Source of the DNA: Squalus acanthias
Taxonomy: Eukaryota
Direction of reading: 5' to 3'
Assembly (NCBI GenBank): GCA_030390025.1
Contig: CM059438.1
Location: 55,244,001 to 55,308,000 of the forward strand
DNA length: 64,000 nt
Translations under genes and position numbers: made by a program
Notes under the pieces: model-generated
Database searches by the model: none
Told to the model about the DNA's origin: nothing
What the model saw: only the letters and a program-made list of their open reading frames with translations
In this document: one piece after another, positions 27,101-42,100 of the stretch
Numbering within the stretch: the first letter of the stretch is position 1
Layout of the letters: the number at the start of each line of letters is the position of its first letter

Positions 27101-30100
27101 ACCGTCTCTGCCTCTCTCTATAGCACCGTCTCTGTCTCTCTCTATAGCACCGTCTCTGTCTCTCTCTATAGCACCGTCTCTGTCTCTCTCTATAGCACCG
27201 TCTCTGTCTCTCTCTATAGCACCGTCTCTGCCTCTCTCTATAGCACCGTCTCTGCCTCTCTCTATTGCACCATCTCTGCCTCTCTCTATAGCACCGTTTC
27301 TGCCTCTCTCTATAGCACCGTCTCTGTCTCTCTCTCTATAGCACCGTCTCTGTCTCTCTCTATAGCACCGTCTCTGTCTCTCTCTATATAGCACCGTCTC
27401 TGTCTCTCTCTCTATAGCACCGTCTCTGTCTCTCTATAGCACCGTCTCTGCCTCTCTCTATCCCACCTTCTCTGTCTCTCTCTATAGCACCGTCTCTGTC
27501 TCTCTCTCTATAGCACCGTCTCTGTCTCTCTCCATAGCTCTGTCTCTCTCTCTATAGCACCGTCTCTGCCTCTCTCTATAGCACCGTCTCTGTCTCTCTC
27601 CATTGCTCTGTCTCTCTCAAAAGCACCGTCTCTGTCTCTTTCTCTATAGCACCGTCTCTGCCTCTCTCTAAAGCACCGTCTCTGTCTCTCTCTATAGCAC
27701 CGTCTCTGTCTCTCTCTAAAGCACCGTCTCTGCCTCTCTCTCTACAGCACCGTCTCTGCCTCTCTCTCTATAGCACCGTATCTGCCTCTGTCTCTATAGC
27801 ACCGTCTCTGTGTCTCTCTATAGCACCGTCTCTGTGTCTCTCTATAGCACCGTCTCTGCCTCTCTCTCTACAGCACCGTCTCTGCCTCTCTCTCTACAGC
27901 ACCGTCTCTGCCTCTCTCTCTATAGCACCGTCTCTCTGTCTCTCTATAGCACCGTCTCTGCCTCTCTCTATAGCACCGTCTCTGCCTCTCTCTATAGCAC
28001 CGTCTCTGTCTCTCTCTATAGCACCGTCTCTGTCTCTATAGCACCGTTTCTGCCTCTCTCTATAGCACAATCTCTGTCGCTCTCTATAGCACCGTCTCTG
28101 CCTCTCTCTATAGCACCGTCTCTGTCTCTCTCTATAGCACCGTCTCTGCCTCTCTCTCTATAGCACCGTCTCTGCCTCTCTCTCTATAGCACCGTCTCTG
28201 TGTCTCTCTATAGCACCGTCTCTGCCTCTCTCTCTATAGCACCGTTTCTGCCTCTCTATAGCACCGTTTCTGCCTCTCTCTATAGCACCGTCTCTGCCTC
28301 TCTCTATAGCACCGTTTCTGCCTCTCTCTAGAGCACCGTCTCTGCCTCTTTCTCGCTAGAGCACCGTCTCTGTCTCTCTCTATAGCACCGTCTCTGCCTC
28401 TCTCTATAGCTCCGTCTTTCTCTCTCTATCGCAGCGTCTCTCTCTCTCTCTATAGCACCGTCTCTGTCTCTCTCTCTATAGCACCGTCTCTGCCTCTCTC
28501 TATAGCACCGTTTCTGCCTCTCTCTATAGCACCGTCTCTGCCTCTCTCTATAGCTCCGTCTTTCTCTATCGCACCGTCTCTGTCTCTCTCTATAGCACCG
28601 TCTCTGCCTCTCTCTATCCCACCGTCTCTGCCTCTCTCTCTATAGCACCGTCTCTGTCTCTCTCTATAGCACCGTCTCTGCCTCTCTCTATAGCACCGTC
28701 TCTGTCTCTCTCTATCGCACCGTCTCTGCCTCTCTCTATAGCACCGTCTCTCACTCTCGCTCTATAGCACCGTCTCTGTCTCTCTCTCTATAGCACAGTC
28801 TCTGTCTCTCTCTCTATCACACCGTCTCTCGCTCTCTCTCTATAGCACCGTCTCTGCCTCTCTCTATAGCACCGTCTCTGTCTCTCTCTATAGCACCGTC
28901 TGTCTCTCTCTATAGCACTGTCTCTGTCTCTCTCTATAGCACCGTCTCTGCCTCTCTCTATAGCACCGTCTCTGCCTCTCTCTATAGCACCGTCTCTGTC
29001 TCTCTATAGCACCGTCTCTGCCTCTCTCTCTATAGCACCGTTTCTGCCTCTCTATAGCACCGTTTCTGTCTCTCTCTATAGCACCGTTTCTGCCTCTCTC
29101 TAGAGCACCGTCTCTGTCTCTTTATCTCTAGAGCACCGTCTCTGTCTCTCTCTATAGCACCGTCTCTGCCTCTCTCTATAGCACCGTCTCTGTCTCTCTC
29201 TATAGCACCGTTTCTGTCTCTCTCTATAGCACCGTTTCTGCCTCTCTCTAGAGCACCGTCTCTGTCTCTTTCTCTCCAGAACACCGTCTCTGTCTCTCTC
29301 TATAGCACCGTCTCTGCCTCTCTCTATAGCTCCGTCTTTCTCTCTCTATCGCAGCGTCTCTGTCTCTCTGTATCCCACCGTCTCTGTCTCTCTCTATAGC
29401 ACCGTCTCTGCCTCTCTCTATCCCACCGTCTCTGTCTCTCTCTCTACAGCACCGTCTCTGCCTCTCTCTATAGCACCGTTTCTGCCTTTCTCTATAGCAC
29501 CGTCTCTGTCTCTCTCTATAGCAGCGTCTCTGCCTCTCTCTATCCCACCGTCTCTGTCTCTCTCTCTATAGCACCGTCTCTGCCTCTCTCTATAGCACCG
29601 TCTCTGTCTCTCTCTATAGCACCGTCTCTGTCTCTCTCTATAGCACCGTTTCTGCCTCTCTCTCTCTTGAGCACCGTCTCTGTCTCTCTCTATAGCACCG
29701 TCTCTGTCTCTCTATAGCACCGTCTCTGCCTCTCTCTATCCCACCGTCTCTGTCTCTCTCTCTATAGCACCGTCTCTGCCTCTCTCCATAGCTGTCTCTC
29801 TCTCTATAGCACCGTCTCTGTCTCTCTCTATAGCACCGTCTCTGCCTTCTCTATAGCACCGTCTCTGTCTCTCTCTATCGCACCGTTTCTGCCTCTCTCT
29901 ATAGCACCGTCTCTGCCTCTCTCTCTATAGCACAGTCTCTGTCTCTCTCTCTATCACACCGTCTCTCGCTCTCTCTCTATAGCACCGTCTCTGCCTCTCT
30001 CTATAGCACCGTCTCTGTCTCTCTCTATAGCACCGTCTCTGTCTCTCTCTATAGCACCGTCTCTGCCTCTCTCTATAGCACCGTCTCTGTCTCTCTCTAT

Positions 30101-33100
30101 AGCACCGTCTCTGTCTCTCTCTATAGCACCGTCTCTGCCTCTCTCTATAGCACCGTCTCTGCCTCTCTCTATAGCACCGTCTCTGCCTCTCTCTATAGCA
30201 CCGTCTCTGCCTCTCTCTATTGCACCGTCTCTGCCTCTCTCTATAGCACCGTTTCTGCCTCTCTCTGGAGCACCGTCTCTGTCTCTCTATAGCACCGTCT
30301 CTGTCTCTCTCTCTATAGCACCGTCTCTGTCTCTCTCTCTATAGCACCGTCTCTGTCTCTCTCTATAGCACCGTCTCTGTCTCTCTCTATATAGCACCGT
30401 CTCTGTCTCTCTCTCTATAGCACCGTCTCTGTCTCTCTATAGCACCGTCTCTGCCTCTCTCTATCCCACCTTCTCTGTCTCTCTCTATAGCACCGTCTCT
30501 GTCTCTCTCTATAGCACCGTCTCTGTCTCTCTCCATTGCTCTGTCTCTCTCAAAAGCACCGTCTCTGTCTCTCTCTATAGCACCGTCTCTGTCTCTCTCT
30601 CTATAGCACCGTCTCTGTCTCTCTCTATAGCACCGTCTCTGTCTCTCTCCATAGCTCTGTCTCTCTCTCTATAGCACCGTCTCTGCCTCTCTCTATAGCA
30701 CCGTCTCTGTCTCTCTCCATTGCTCTGTCTCTCTCAAAAGCACCGTCTCTGTCTCTTTCTCTATAGCACCGTCTCTGCCTCTCTCTAAAGCACCGTCTCT
30801 GTCTCTCTCTATAGCACCGTCTCTGTCTCTCTCGAAAGCACCGTCTCTGCCTCTCTCTCTACAGCACCGTCTCTGCCTCTCTCTCGAAAGCACCGTCTCT
30901 GCCTCTCTCTCTATAGCACCGTCTCTGTGTCTCTCTATAGCACCGTCTCTGTGTCTCTCTATAGCACCGTCTCTGTCTCTCTCTATAGCACCGTCTCTGC
31001 CTCTCTCTCTACAGCACCGTCTCTGCCTCTCTCTCTACAGCACCGTCTCTGCCTCTCTCTCTATAGCACCGTCTCTGCCTCTCTCTCTATAGCACCGTCT
31101 CTGTGTCTCTCTACAGCACCGTCTCTGCCTCTCTCTCTATAGCACCGTCTCTCTGTAGCACCGTCTCTGCCTCACTCTCTATAGCACCGTCTCTGTCTCT
31201 CTCTATAGCACCGTCTCTGCCTCTCTCTATAGCACCGTCTCTGCCTCTCTCTATAGCACCGTCTCTGCCTCTCGCTCTATAGCACCGTCTCTGTCTCTCT
31301 CTCTATGGCACAGTCTCTGTCTCTCTCTCTATAGCACAGTCTCTGTCTCTCTCTCTATCACACCGTCTCTCGCTCTCTCTCTATAGCACCGTCTCTGCCT
31401 CTCTCTATAGCACCGTCTCTGTCTCTCTCTATAGCACCGTCTCTGCCTCTCTCTATAGCACCGTCTCTGCCTCTCTCTATAGCACCGTCTCTGCCTCTCT
31501 CTATAGCACCGTCTCTGTCTCTCTCTATAGCACCGTCTCTGCCTCTCTCTATAGCACCGTCTCTGTCTCTCTCTATAGCACCGTTTCTGCCTCTCTATAG
31601 CACCGTCTCTGCCTCTCTCTATAGCACCGTCTCTGCCTCTCTCTATAGCACCGTCTCTGTCTCTCTCTATAGCACCGTTTCTGCCTCTCTATAGCACCGT
31701 CTCTGCCTCTCTCTATAGCACCGTCTCTGTCTCTCTCTATCGCACCGTCTCTGCCTCTCTCTATCGCACAGTCTCTGCCTCTCTCTATCGCACAGTCTCT
31801 GCCTCTCTCTATCGCACCGTCTCTGCCTCTCTCTATCGCACCGTCTCTGCCTCTCTCTATCGCACCGTCTCTGCCCCTCTCTATCACACCGTCTCTGCCT
31901 CTCTCTATATCACCGTCTCTGTCTCTCTCTATAGCACCGTTTCTGCCTCTCTCTATAGCACCGTCTCTGTCTCTCTCTATAGCACCGTCTCTGCCTCTCT
32001 CTATAGCTCCGTCTTTCTCTCTCTATCGCACCGTCTCTGTCTCTCTCTATAGCACCGTCTCTGTCTCTCTATAGCACCGTCTCTGCCTCTCTCTATCCCA
32101 CCGTCTCTGTCTCTCTCTCTATAGCACCGTCTCTGCCTCTCTCCATAGCTGTCTCTCTCTCTATAGCACCGTCTCTGTCTCTCTCTATAGCACCGTCTCT
32201 GCCTTCTCTATAGCACCGTCTCTGTCTCTCTCTATTGCACCGTCTCTGTCTCTCTCTATTGCACAGTCTCTGTCTCTCTCTCTATCACACCGTCTCTCGC
32301 TCTCTCTCTATAGCACCGTCTCTGCCTCTCTCTATAGCACCGTCTCTGTCTCTCTCTATAGCACCGTCTCTGTCTCTCTCTATAGCACCGTCTCTGCCTC
32401 TCTCTATAGCACCGTCTCTGCCTCTCTCTATAGCACCGTCTCTGTCTCTCTCTATAGCACCGTCTCTGTCTCTCTCTATAGCACCGTCTCTGTCTCTCTC
32501 TATAGCACCGTCTCTGTCTCTCTCTATAGCACCGTCTCTGCCTCTCTCTATAGCACCGTCTCTGCCTCTCTCTATTGCACCATCTCTGCCTCTCTCTATA
32601 GCACCGTTTCTGCCTCTCTCTATAGCACCGTCTCTGTCTCTCTCTCTATAGCACCGTCTCTGTCTCTCTCTATAGCACCGTCTCTGTCTCTCTCTATATA
32701 GCACCGTCTCTGTCTCTCTCTCTATAGCACCGTCTCTGTCTCTCTATAGCACCGTCTCTGCCTCTCTCTATCCCACCTTCTCTGTCTCTCTCTATAGCAC
32801 CGTCTCTGTCTCTCTCTCTATAGCACCGTCTCTGTCTCTCTCCATAGCTCTGTCTCTCTCTCTATAGCACCGTCTCTGCCTCTCTCTATAGCACCGTCTC
32901 TGTCTCTCTCCATTGCTCTGTCTCTCTCAAAAGCACCGTCTCTGTCTCTTTCTCTATAGCACCGTCTCTGCCTCTCTCTAAAGCACCGTCTCTGTCTCTC
33001 TCTATAGCACCGTCTCTGTCTCTCTCTAAAGCACCGTCTCTGCCTCTCTCTCTACAGCACCGTCTCTGCCTCTCTCTCTGTAGCACCGTATCTGCCTCTG

Positions 33101-36100
33101 TCTCTATAGCACCGTCTCTGTGTCTCTCTATAGCACCGTCTCTGTGTCTCTCTATAGCACCGTCTCTGCCTCTCTCTCTACAGCACCGTCTCTGCCTCTC
33201 TCTCTACAGCACCGTCTCTGCCTCTCTCTCTATAGCACCGTCTCTCTGTCTCTCTATAGCACCGTCTCTGCCTCTCTCTCTATAGCACCGTCTCTGCCTC
33301 TCTCTATAGCACCGTCTCTGTCTCTCTCTATAGCACCGTCTCTGTCTCTATAGCACCGTTTCTGCCTCTCTCTATAGCACAATCTCTGTCGCTCTCTATA
33401 GCACCGTCTCTGCCTCTCTCTATAGCACCGTCTCTGTCTCTCTCTATAGCACCGTCTCTGCCTCTCTCTCTATAGCACCGTCTCTGCCTCTCTCTCTATA
33501 GCACCGTCTCTGTGTCTCTCTATAGCACCGTCTCTGCCTCTCTCTCTATAGCACCGTTTCTGCCTCTCTATAGCACCGTTTCTGCCTCTCTCTATAGCAC
33601 CGTCTCTGCCTCTCTCTATAGCACCGTTTCTGCCTCTCTCTAGAGCACCGTCTCTGCCTCTTTCTCGCTAGAGCACCGTCTCTGTCTCTCTCTATAGCAC
33701 CGTCTCTGCCTCTCTCTATAGCTCCGTCTTTCTCTCTCTATCGCAGCGTCTCTCTCTCTCTCTATAGCACCGTCTCTGTCTCTCTCTATAGCACCGTCTC
33801 TGCCTCTCTCTATAGCACCGTTTCTGCCTCTCTCTATAGCACCGTCTCTGCCTCTCTCTATAGCTCCGTCTTTCTCTATCGCACCGTCTCTGTCTCTCTC
33901 TATAGCACCGTCTCTGCCTCTCTCTATCCCACCGTCTCTGCCTCTCTCTCTATAGCACCGTCTCTGTCTCTCTCTATAGCACCGTCTCTGCCTCTCTCTA
34001 TAGCACCGTCTCTGTCTCTCTCTATCGCACCGTCTCTGCCTCTCTCTATAGCACCGTCTCTCACTCTCGCTCTATAGCACCGTCTCTGTCTCTCTCTCTA
34101 TAGCACAGTCTCTGTCTCTCTCTCTATCACACCGTCTCTCGCTCTCTCTCTATAGCACCGTCTCTGCCTCTCTCTATAGCACCGTCTCTGTCTCTCTCTA
34201 TAGCACCGTCTGTCTCTCTCTATAGCACTGTCTCTGTCTCTCTCTATAGCACCGTCTCTGCCTCTCTCTATAGCACCGTCTCTGCCTCTCTCTATAGCAC
34301 CGTCTCTGTCTCTCTATAGCACCGTCTCTGCCTCTCTCTCTATAGCACCGTTTCTGCCTCTCTATAGCACCGTTTCTGTCTCTCTCTATAGCACCGTTTC
34401 TGCCTCTCTCTAGAGCACCGTCTCTGTCTCTTTATCTCTAGAGCACCGTCTCTGTCTCTCTCTATAGCACCGTCTCTGCCTCTCTCTATAGCACCGTCTC
34501 TGTCTCTCTCTATAGCACCGTTTCTGTCTCTCTCTATAGCACCGTTTCTGCCTCTCTCTAGAGCACCGTCTCTGTCTCTTTCTCTCCAGAACACCGTCTC
34601 TGTCTCTCTCTATAGCACCGTCTCTGCCTCTCTCTATAGCTCCGTCTTTCTCTCTCTATCGCAGCGTCTCTGTCTCTCTGTATCCCACCGTCTCTGTCTC
34701 TCTCTATAGCACCGTCTCTGCCTCTCTCTATCCCACCGTCTCTGTCTCTCTCTCTACAGCACCGTCTCTGCCTCTCTCTATAGCACCGTTTCTGCCTTTC
34801 TCTATAGCACCGTCTCTGTCTCTCTCTATAGCAGCGTCTCTGCCTCTCTCTATCCCACCGTCTCTGTCTCTCTCTATAGCACCGTCTCTGCCTCTCTCTA
34901 TAGCACCGTCTCTGTCTCTCTCTATAGCACCGTCTCTGTCTCTCTCTATAGCACCGTCTCTGCCTCTCTCTCTATAGCACCGTCTCTGTCTCTCTCTATA
35001 GCACCGTCTCTGCCTCTCTATAGCACCGTCTCTGTCTCTCTCTATAGCACCGTCTCTGCCTCTCTCTAGAGCACCGTCTCTGTCTCTCTCTATAGCACCG
35101 TCTCTGTCTCTCTCTATAGCACCGTCTCTGCCTCTCTCTATAGCTCCGTCTCTGTCTCTCTCTATCGCACCGTCTCTGTCTCTCTCTATAGCACCGTCTC
35201 TGTCTCTCTATAGCACCGTCTCTGTCTCTCTCTATCCACCGTCTCTGTCTCTCTCTATAGCACCGTCTCTGCCTCTCTCTATAGCACCGTCTCTGCTCTC
35301 TCTCTATAGCACCGTCTCTGTCTCTCTCTATAGCACCGTCTCTGCCTCTCTATAGCACCGTCTCTGTCTCTCTCTATAGCACCGTCTCTGTCTCTCTCTA
35401 TAGCACCGTCTCTGCCTCTCTCTATAGCACCGTCTCTGCCTCTCTCTCTATAGCACCGTCTCTGTCTCTCTCTATAGCACCGTCTCTGCCTCTCTCTATA
35501 GCACCGTCTCTGTCTCTCTCTATAGCACCGTCTCTGCCTCTCTCTATAGCACCGTCTCTGTCTCTCTCTATAGCACCGTCTCTGTCTCTCTCTATAGCAC
35601 CGTCTCTGCTCTCTCTCTATAGCACCGTCTCTGTCTCTCTCTCTATAGCACCGTCTCTCGCGCTCTCTCTCTATAGCACCGTCTCTGTCTCTCTCTATAG
35701 CACCGTCTCTGTCTCTCTCTCTATAGCACCGTCTCTGCTCTCTCTCTATAGCACCGTCTCTGCCTCTCTCTATAGCACCGTCTCTGTCTCTCTCTATAGC
35801 ACCGTCTCTGTCTCTCTCTATAGCACCGTCTCTGTCTCTCTCTATAGCACCGTCTCTGTCTCTCTCTATAGCACCGTCTCTGCCTCTCTCTATAGCACCG
35901 TCTCTGTCTCTCTCTATAGCACCGTCTCTGCTCTCTCTCTATAGCACCGTCTCTGTCTCTCTCTATAGCACCGTCTCTGCCTCTCTCTATAGCACCGTCT
36001 CTGTCTCTCTCTATAGCACCGTCTCTGTCTCTCTCTATAGCACCGTCTCTGCCTCTCTCTATAGCACCGTCTCTGTCTCTCTCTATAGCACCGTCTCTGT

Positions 36101-39100
36101 CTCTCTCTATAGCACCGTCTCTGCCTCTCTATAGCACCGTCTCTGTCTCTCTCTATAGCACCGTCTCTGCTCTCTCTATAGCACCGTCTCTGCCTCTCTC
36201 TATAGCACCGTCTCTGCTCTCTCTCTATAGCACCGTCTCTGTCTCTCTCTATAGCACCGTCTCTGCCTCTCTCTATAGCACCGTCTCTGTCTCTCTCTAT
36301 AGCACCGTCTCTGCCTCTCTCTATAGCACCGTCTCTGCCTCTCTCTATAGCACCGTCTCTGCCTCTCTCTATCGCACCGTCTCTGCCTCTCTCTATCGCA
36401 CCGTCTCTGCCTCTCTCTATCGCACCGTCTCTGCCTCTCTCTATCGCACCGTCTCTGCCTCTCTCTATCGCACCGTCTCTGCCTCTCTCTATCGCACCGT
36501 CTCTGCCTCTCTCTATCGCACCGTCTCTGCCTCTCTCTATAGCACCGTCTCTGTCTCTCTCTATAGCACCGTCTCTGCCTCTCTCTATAGCACCGTCTCT
36601 GTCTCTCTCTCTGTAGCACCGTCTCTGTCTCTCTCTATAGCACCGTTTCTGCCTCTCTCTATAGCACCGTCTCTGCCTCTCTCTATAGCACCGTCTCTGC
36701 CTCTCTCTATAGCTCCGTCTTTCTCTCTCTATCGCACCGTCTCTGTCTCTCTCTATAGCACCGTCTCTGTCTCTCTATAGCACCGTCTCTGCCTCTCTCT
36801 ATCCCACCGTCTCTGTCTCTCTCTCTATAGCACCGTCTCTGCCTCTCTCCATAGCTGTCTCTCTCTCTATAGCACCGTCTCTGTCTCTCTCTATAGCACC
36901 GTCTCTGCCTCTCTCTATAGCACCGTCTCTGTCTCTCTCTATCGCACCGTCTCTGCCTCTCTCTATAGCACCGTCTCTGTCTCTCTCTATCGCACCGTCT
37001 CTGTCTCTCTCTATCGCACCGTCTCTGCCTCTCTCTCTATCGCACCGTCTCTGCCTCTCTATAGCACCGTTTCTGTCTCTCTCTATCGCACCGTCTCTGT
37101 CTCTCTCTATCGCACCGTCTCTGCCTCTCTCTATAGCACCGTCTCTGTCTCTCTCTCTATAGCACCGTCTCTGTCTCTCTCTCTATAGCACCGTCTCTGT
37201 CTCTCTCTATCGCACCGTCTCTGTCTCTCTCTATAGCACCGTCTCTGTCTCTCTCTCTATAGCACCGTCTCTGTCTCTCTCTATAGCACCGTCTCTGTCT
37301 CTCTCTATAGCACCGTCTCTGCCTCTCTCTATAGCACCGTCTCTGTCTCTCTCTATAGCACCGTCTCTGCCTCTCTCTATAGCACCGTCTCTGTCTCTCT
37401 ATAGCACCGTCTCTGTCTCTCTATAGCACCGTCTCTGCCTCTCTCTATAGCACCGTCTCTGTCTCTCTCTATAGCACCGTCTCTGTCTCTCTCTCTATAG
37501 CACCGTCTCTGCCTCTCTCTATAGCACCGTCTCTGTCTCTCTCTCTATAGCACCGTCTCTGCCTCTCTCTCTATAGCACCGTCTCTGTGTCTCTCTATAG
37601 CACCGTCTCTGCCTCTCTCTCTATAGCACCGTCTCTGTCTCTCTCTCTATAGCACCGTCTCTGCCTCTCTCTCTGTAGCACCGTTTCTGTGTCTCTCTAT
37701 AGCACCGTCTCTGCCTCACTCTGTAGCACCGTCTCTGTCTCTCTCTCTCTATAGCACCGTCTCTGTCTCTCTCTATAGCACCGTCTCTGTGTCTCTCTAT
37801 AGCACCATCTCTGCCTCTCTCTATAGCACCGTCGCTGTCTCTCTCTCTATAGCACCGTCTCTGCCTCTCTCTATCGCACCGTCTCTGTCTCTCTCTATAG
37901 CACCGTCTCTGTCTCTCTCTATAGCACCGTCTCTGCCTCTCTCTATAGCACCGTCTCTGTCTCTCTCTCTCTATAGCACCGTCTCTGTCTCTCTCTATAG
38001 CACCGTCTCTGTCTCTCTCTATAGCACCGTCGCTGCCTCTCTCTATAGCACCGTTTCTGCCTCTCTCTATAGCACCGTCTCTGCCTCTCTCTATAGCTCC
38101 GTCTTTCTCTATCGCACCGTCTCTGTCTCTCTCTATAGCACCGTCTCTGCCTCTCTCTATCCCACCGTCTCTGTCTCTCTCTCTAGAGCACCGTCTCTGC
38201 CTCTCTCTATAGCACCGTCTCTGCCTCTCTCTATAGCACCGTCTCTGTCTCTCTCTATAGCACCGTCTCTGCCTCTCTCTATCGCACCGTCTCTGTCTCT
38301 CTCTATAGCACCGTCTCTGCCTCTCTCTATAGCACCGTTTCTGCCTCTCTCTATAGCACCGTCTCTGTCTCTCTCTATAGCACCGTCTCTGTCTCTCTCT
38401 ATAGCACCGTCTCTGCTCTCTCTCTATAGCACCGTCTCTGTCTCTCTCTATAGCACCGTCTCTGCCTCTCTATAGCACCGTCTCTGCCTCTCTCTATAGC
38501 ACCGTCTCTGTCTCTCTCTATAGCACCGTCTCTGCCTCTCTATAGCACCGTCTCTGTCTCTCTCTATAGCACCGTCTCTGCCTCTCTCTATAGCACCGTC
38601 TCTGTCTCTCTCTCTAGAGCACCGTCTCTGTCTCTCTCTATAGCACCGTCTCTGCCTCTCTCTATAGCACCGTCTCTGTCTCTCTCTATCGCACCGTCTC
38701 TGTCTCTCTCTATAGCACCGTCTCTGTCTCTCTATAGCACCGTCTCTGTCTCTCTCTATCGCACCGTCTCTGTCTCTCTCTATAGCACCGTCTCTGCCTC
38801 TCTCTATAGCACCGTCTCTGTCTCTCTCTCTATAGCACCGTCTCTGTCTCTCTCTCTATAGCACCGTCTCTGCCTCTCTCTATAGCACCGTCTCTGTCTC
38901 TCTCTATAGCACCGTCTCTGCCTCTCTCTATAGCACCGTCTCTGCCTCTCTCTATCGCACCGTCTCTGCCTCTCTCTATCGCACCGTCTCTGCCTCTCTC
39001 TATAGCACCGTCTCTGCCTCTCTCTATCGCACCGTCTCTGCCTCTCTCTATAGCACCGTCTCTGCCTCTCTCTATCGCACCGTCTCTGCCTCTCTCTATA

Positions 39101-42100
39101 GCACCGTCTCTGTCTCTCTCTATAGCACCGTCTCTGCCTCTCTCTATAGCACCGTCTCTGTCTCTCTCTCTTAGCACCGTCTCTGTCTCTCTCTATAGCA
39201 CCGTCTCTGCCTCTCTCTATAGCACCGTCTCTGCCTCTCTCTATAGCACCGTCTCTGCTCTCTCTATAGCACCGTCTCTTCTCTCTCTATCGCACCGTCT
39301 CTGTCTCTCTCTATAGCACCGTCTCTGTCTCTCTCTATAGCACCGTCTCTGCCTCTCTCTATCGCACCGTCTCTGTCTCTCTCTCTATAGCACCGTCTCT
39401 GTCTCTCTCTATAGCACCGTCTCTGCTCTCTCTATAGCACCGTCTCTGTCTCTCTCTATCGCACCGTCTCTGCTCTCTCTATAGCACCGTCTCTGCCTCT
39501 CTCTCTATAGCACCGTCTCTGTCTCTCTCTCTATCACCGTCTCTGCTCTCTCTCTATAGCACCGTCTCTGCCTCTCTATAGCACCGTTTCTGTCTCTCTC
39601 TATCGCACCGTCTCTGTCTCTCTCTATCGCACCGTCTCTGCCTCTCTCTATAGCACCGTCTCTGCCTCTCTCTCTATAGCACCGTCTCTGCCTCTCTCTA
39701 TAGCACCGTCTCTGTCTCTCTCTATCGCACCGTCTCTGTCTCTCTCTATAGCACCGTCTCTGTCTCTCTCTCTTTCGCACCGTCTCTGTCTCTCTCTATA
39801 GCACCGTCTCTGTCTCTCTCTATAGCACCGTCTCTGCCTCTCTCTATAGCACCGTCTCTGTCTCTCTCTAAAGCACCGTCTCTGCCTCTCTCTAAAGCAC
39901 CGTCTCTGTCTCTCTCTATAGCACCGTCTCTGTCTCTCTATAGCACCGTCTCTGCCTCTCTCTATAGCACCGTCTCTGTCTCTCTCTATAGCACCGTCTC
40001 TGTCTCTCTCTCTATAGCACCGTCTCTGCCTCTCTCTATAGCACCGTCTCTGTCTCTCTCTATAGCACCGTCTGTCTCTCTCTATAGCACTGTCTCTGTC
40101 TCTCTCTATAGCACTGTCTCTGTCTCTCTCTATAGCACCGTCTCTGCCTCTCTCTATAGCACCGTCTCTGTCTCTCTATAGCACCGTCTCTGCCTCTCTC
40201 TCTATAGCACCGTTTCTGTCTCTCTCTATAGCACCGTTTCTGCCTCTCTCTAGAGCACCGTCTCTGTCTCTTTATCTCTAGAGCACCGTCTCTGTCTCTC
40301 TCTATAGCACCGTCTCTGCCTCTCTCTATAGCTCCGTCTTTCTCTCTCTATCGCACCGTCTCTGTCTCTCTCTATAGCACCGTCTCTGTCTCTCTATAGC
40401 ACCGTCTCTGTCTCTCTGTATCCCACCGTCTCTGTCTCTCTATAGCACCGTCTCTGCCTCTCTCTATCCCACCGTCTCTCGCTCTCTCTCTATAGCACCG
40501 TCTCTGTCTCTCTCTCTATAGCACCGTCGCTGCCTCTCTCTATAGCAGCGTCTCTGTCTCTCTCTATTGCACCGTCTCTGCCTCTCTCTATCGCACCGTC
40601 TCTGCCTCTCTCTATCGCACCGTCTCTGCCTCTCTCTATCGCACCGTCTCTGCCTCTCTCTATCGCACCGTCTCTGCCTCTCTCTATCGCACCGTCTCTG
40701 CCTCTCTCTATCGCACCGTCTCTGCCTCTCTCTATCGCACCGTCTCTGCCTCTCTCTATCGCACCGTCTCTGCCTCTCTCTATCGCACCGTCTCTGCCTC
40801 TCTCGATAGCACCGTCTCTGTCTCTCTCTATAGCACCGTCTCTGCCTCTCTCTATAGCACCGTCTCTGTCTCTCTCTCTGTAGCACCGTCTCTGTCTCTC
40901 TCTATAGCACCGTTTCTGCCTCTCTCTATAGCACCGTCTCTGCCTCTCTCTATAGCACCGTCTCTGCCTCTCTCTATAGCTCCGTCTTTCTCTCTCTATC
41001 GCACCGTCTCTGTCTCTCTCTATAGCACCGTCTCTGTCTCTCTATAGCACCGTCTCTGCCTCTCTCTATCCCACCGTCTCTGTCTCTCTCTCTATAGCAC
41101 CGTCTCTGCCTCTCTCCATAGCTGTCTCTCTCTCTATAGCACCGTCTCTGTCTCTCTCTATAGCACCGTCTCTGCCTTCTCTATAGCACCGTCTCTGTCT
41201 CTCTCTATCGCACCGTTTCTGCCTCTCTCTATAGCACCGTCTCTGCCTCTCTCTCTATAGCACAGTCTCTGTCTCTCTCTCTATCACACCGTCTCTGCCT
41301 CTCTCTCTATAGCACCGTCTCTGCCTCTCTCTCTATAGCACCGTCTCTGTCTCTCTCTATCGCACCGTCTCTGTCTCTCTCTATCGCACCGTCTCTGCCT
41401 CTCTCCATAGCACCGTCTCTGCCTCTCTCTCTGTAGCACCCTCTCTGCCTCTCTCTCTATAGCACCGTCTCTGTCTCTCTCTATCCCACCGTCTCTGTCT
41501 CTCTCTATAGCACCGTCTCTGTCTCTCTCTCTTGCGCACCGTCTCTGTCTCTCTCTATAGCACCGTCTCTGTCTCTCTCTATTGCACCGTCTCTGCCTCT
41601 CTCTATAGCACCGTCTCTGTCTCTCTCGAAAGCACCGTCTCTGCCTCTCTCGAAAGCACCGTCTCTGTCTCTCTATAGCACCGTCTCTGTCTCTCTATAG
41701 CACCGTCTCTGCCTCTCTCTATAGCAGCGTCTCTGTCTCTCTCTATAGCACCGTCTCTGTCTCTCTCTCTATAGCACCGTCTCTGCCTCTCTCTATAGCA
41801 CCGTCTCTGTCTCTCTCTCTATAGCACCGTCTCTGCCTCTCTCTCTATAGCACCGTCTCTGTGTCTCTCTATAGCACCGTCTCTGCCTCTCTCTCTATAG
41901 CACCGTCTCTGCCTCTCTCTCTATAGCACCGTCTCTGCCTCTCTCTCTGTAGCACCGTTTCTGTGTCTCTCTATAGCACCGTCTCTGCCTCACTCTGTAG
42001 CACCGTCTCTGTCTCTCTCTCTCTATAGCACCGTCTCTGTCTCTCTCTATAGCACCGTCTCTGTGTCTCTCTATAGCACCATCTCTGCCTCTCTCTATAG

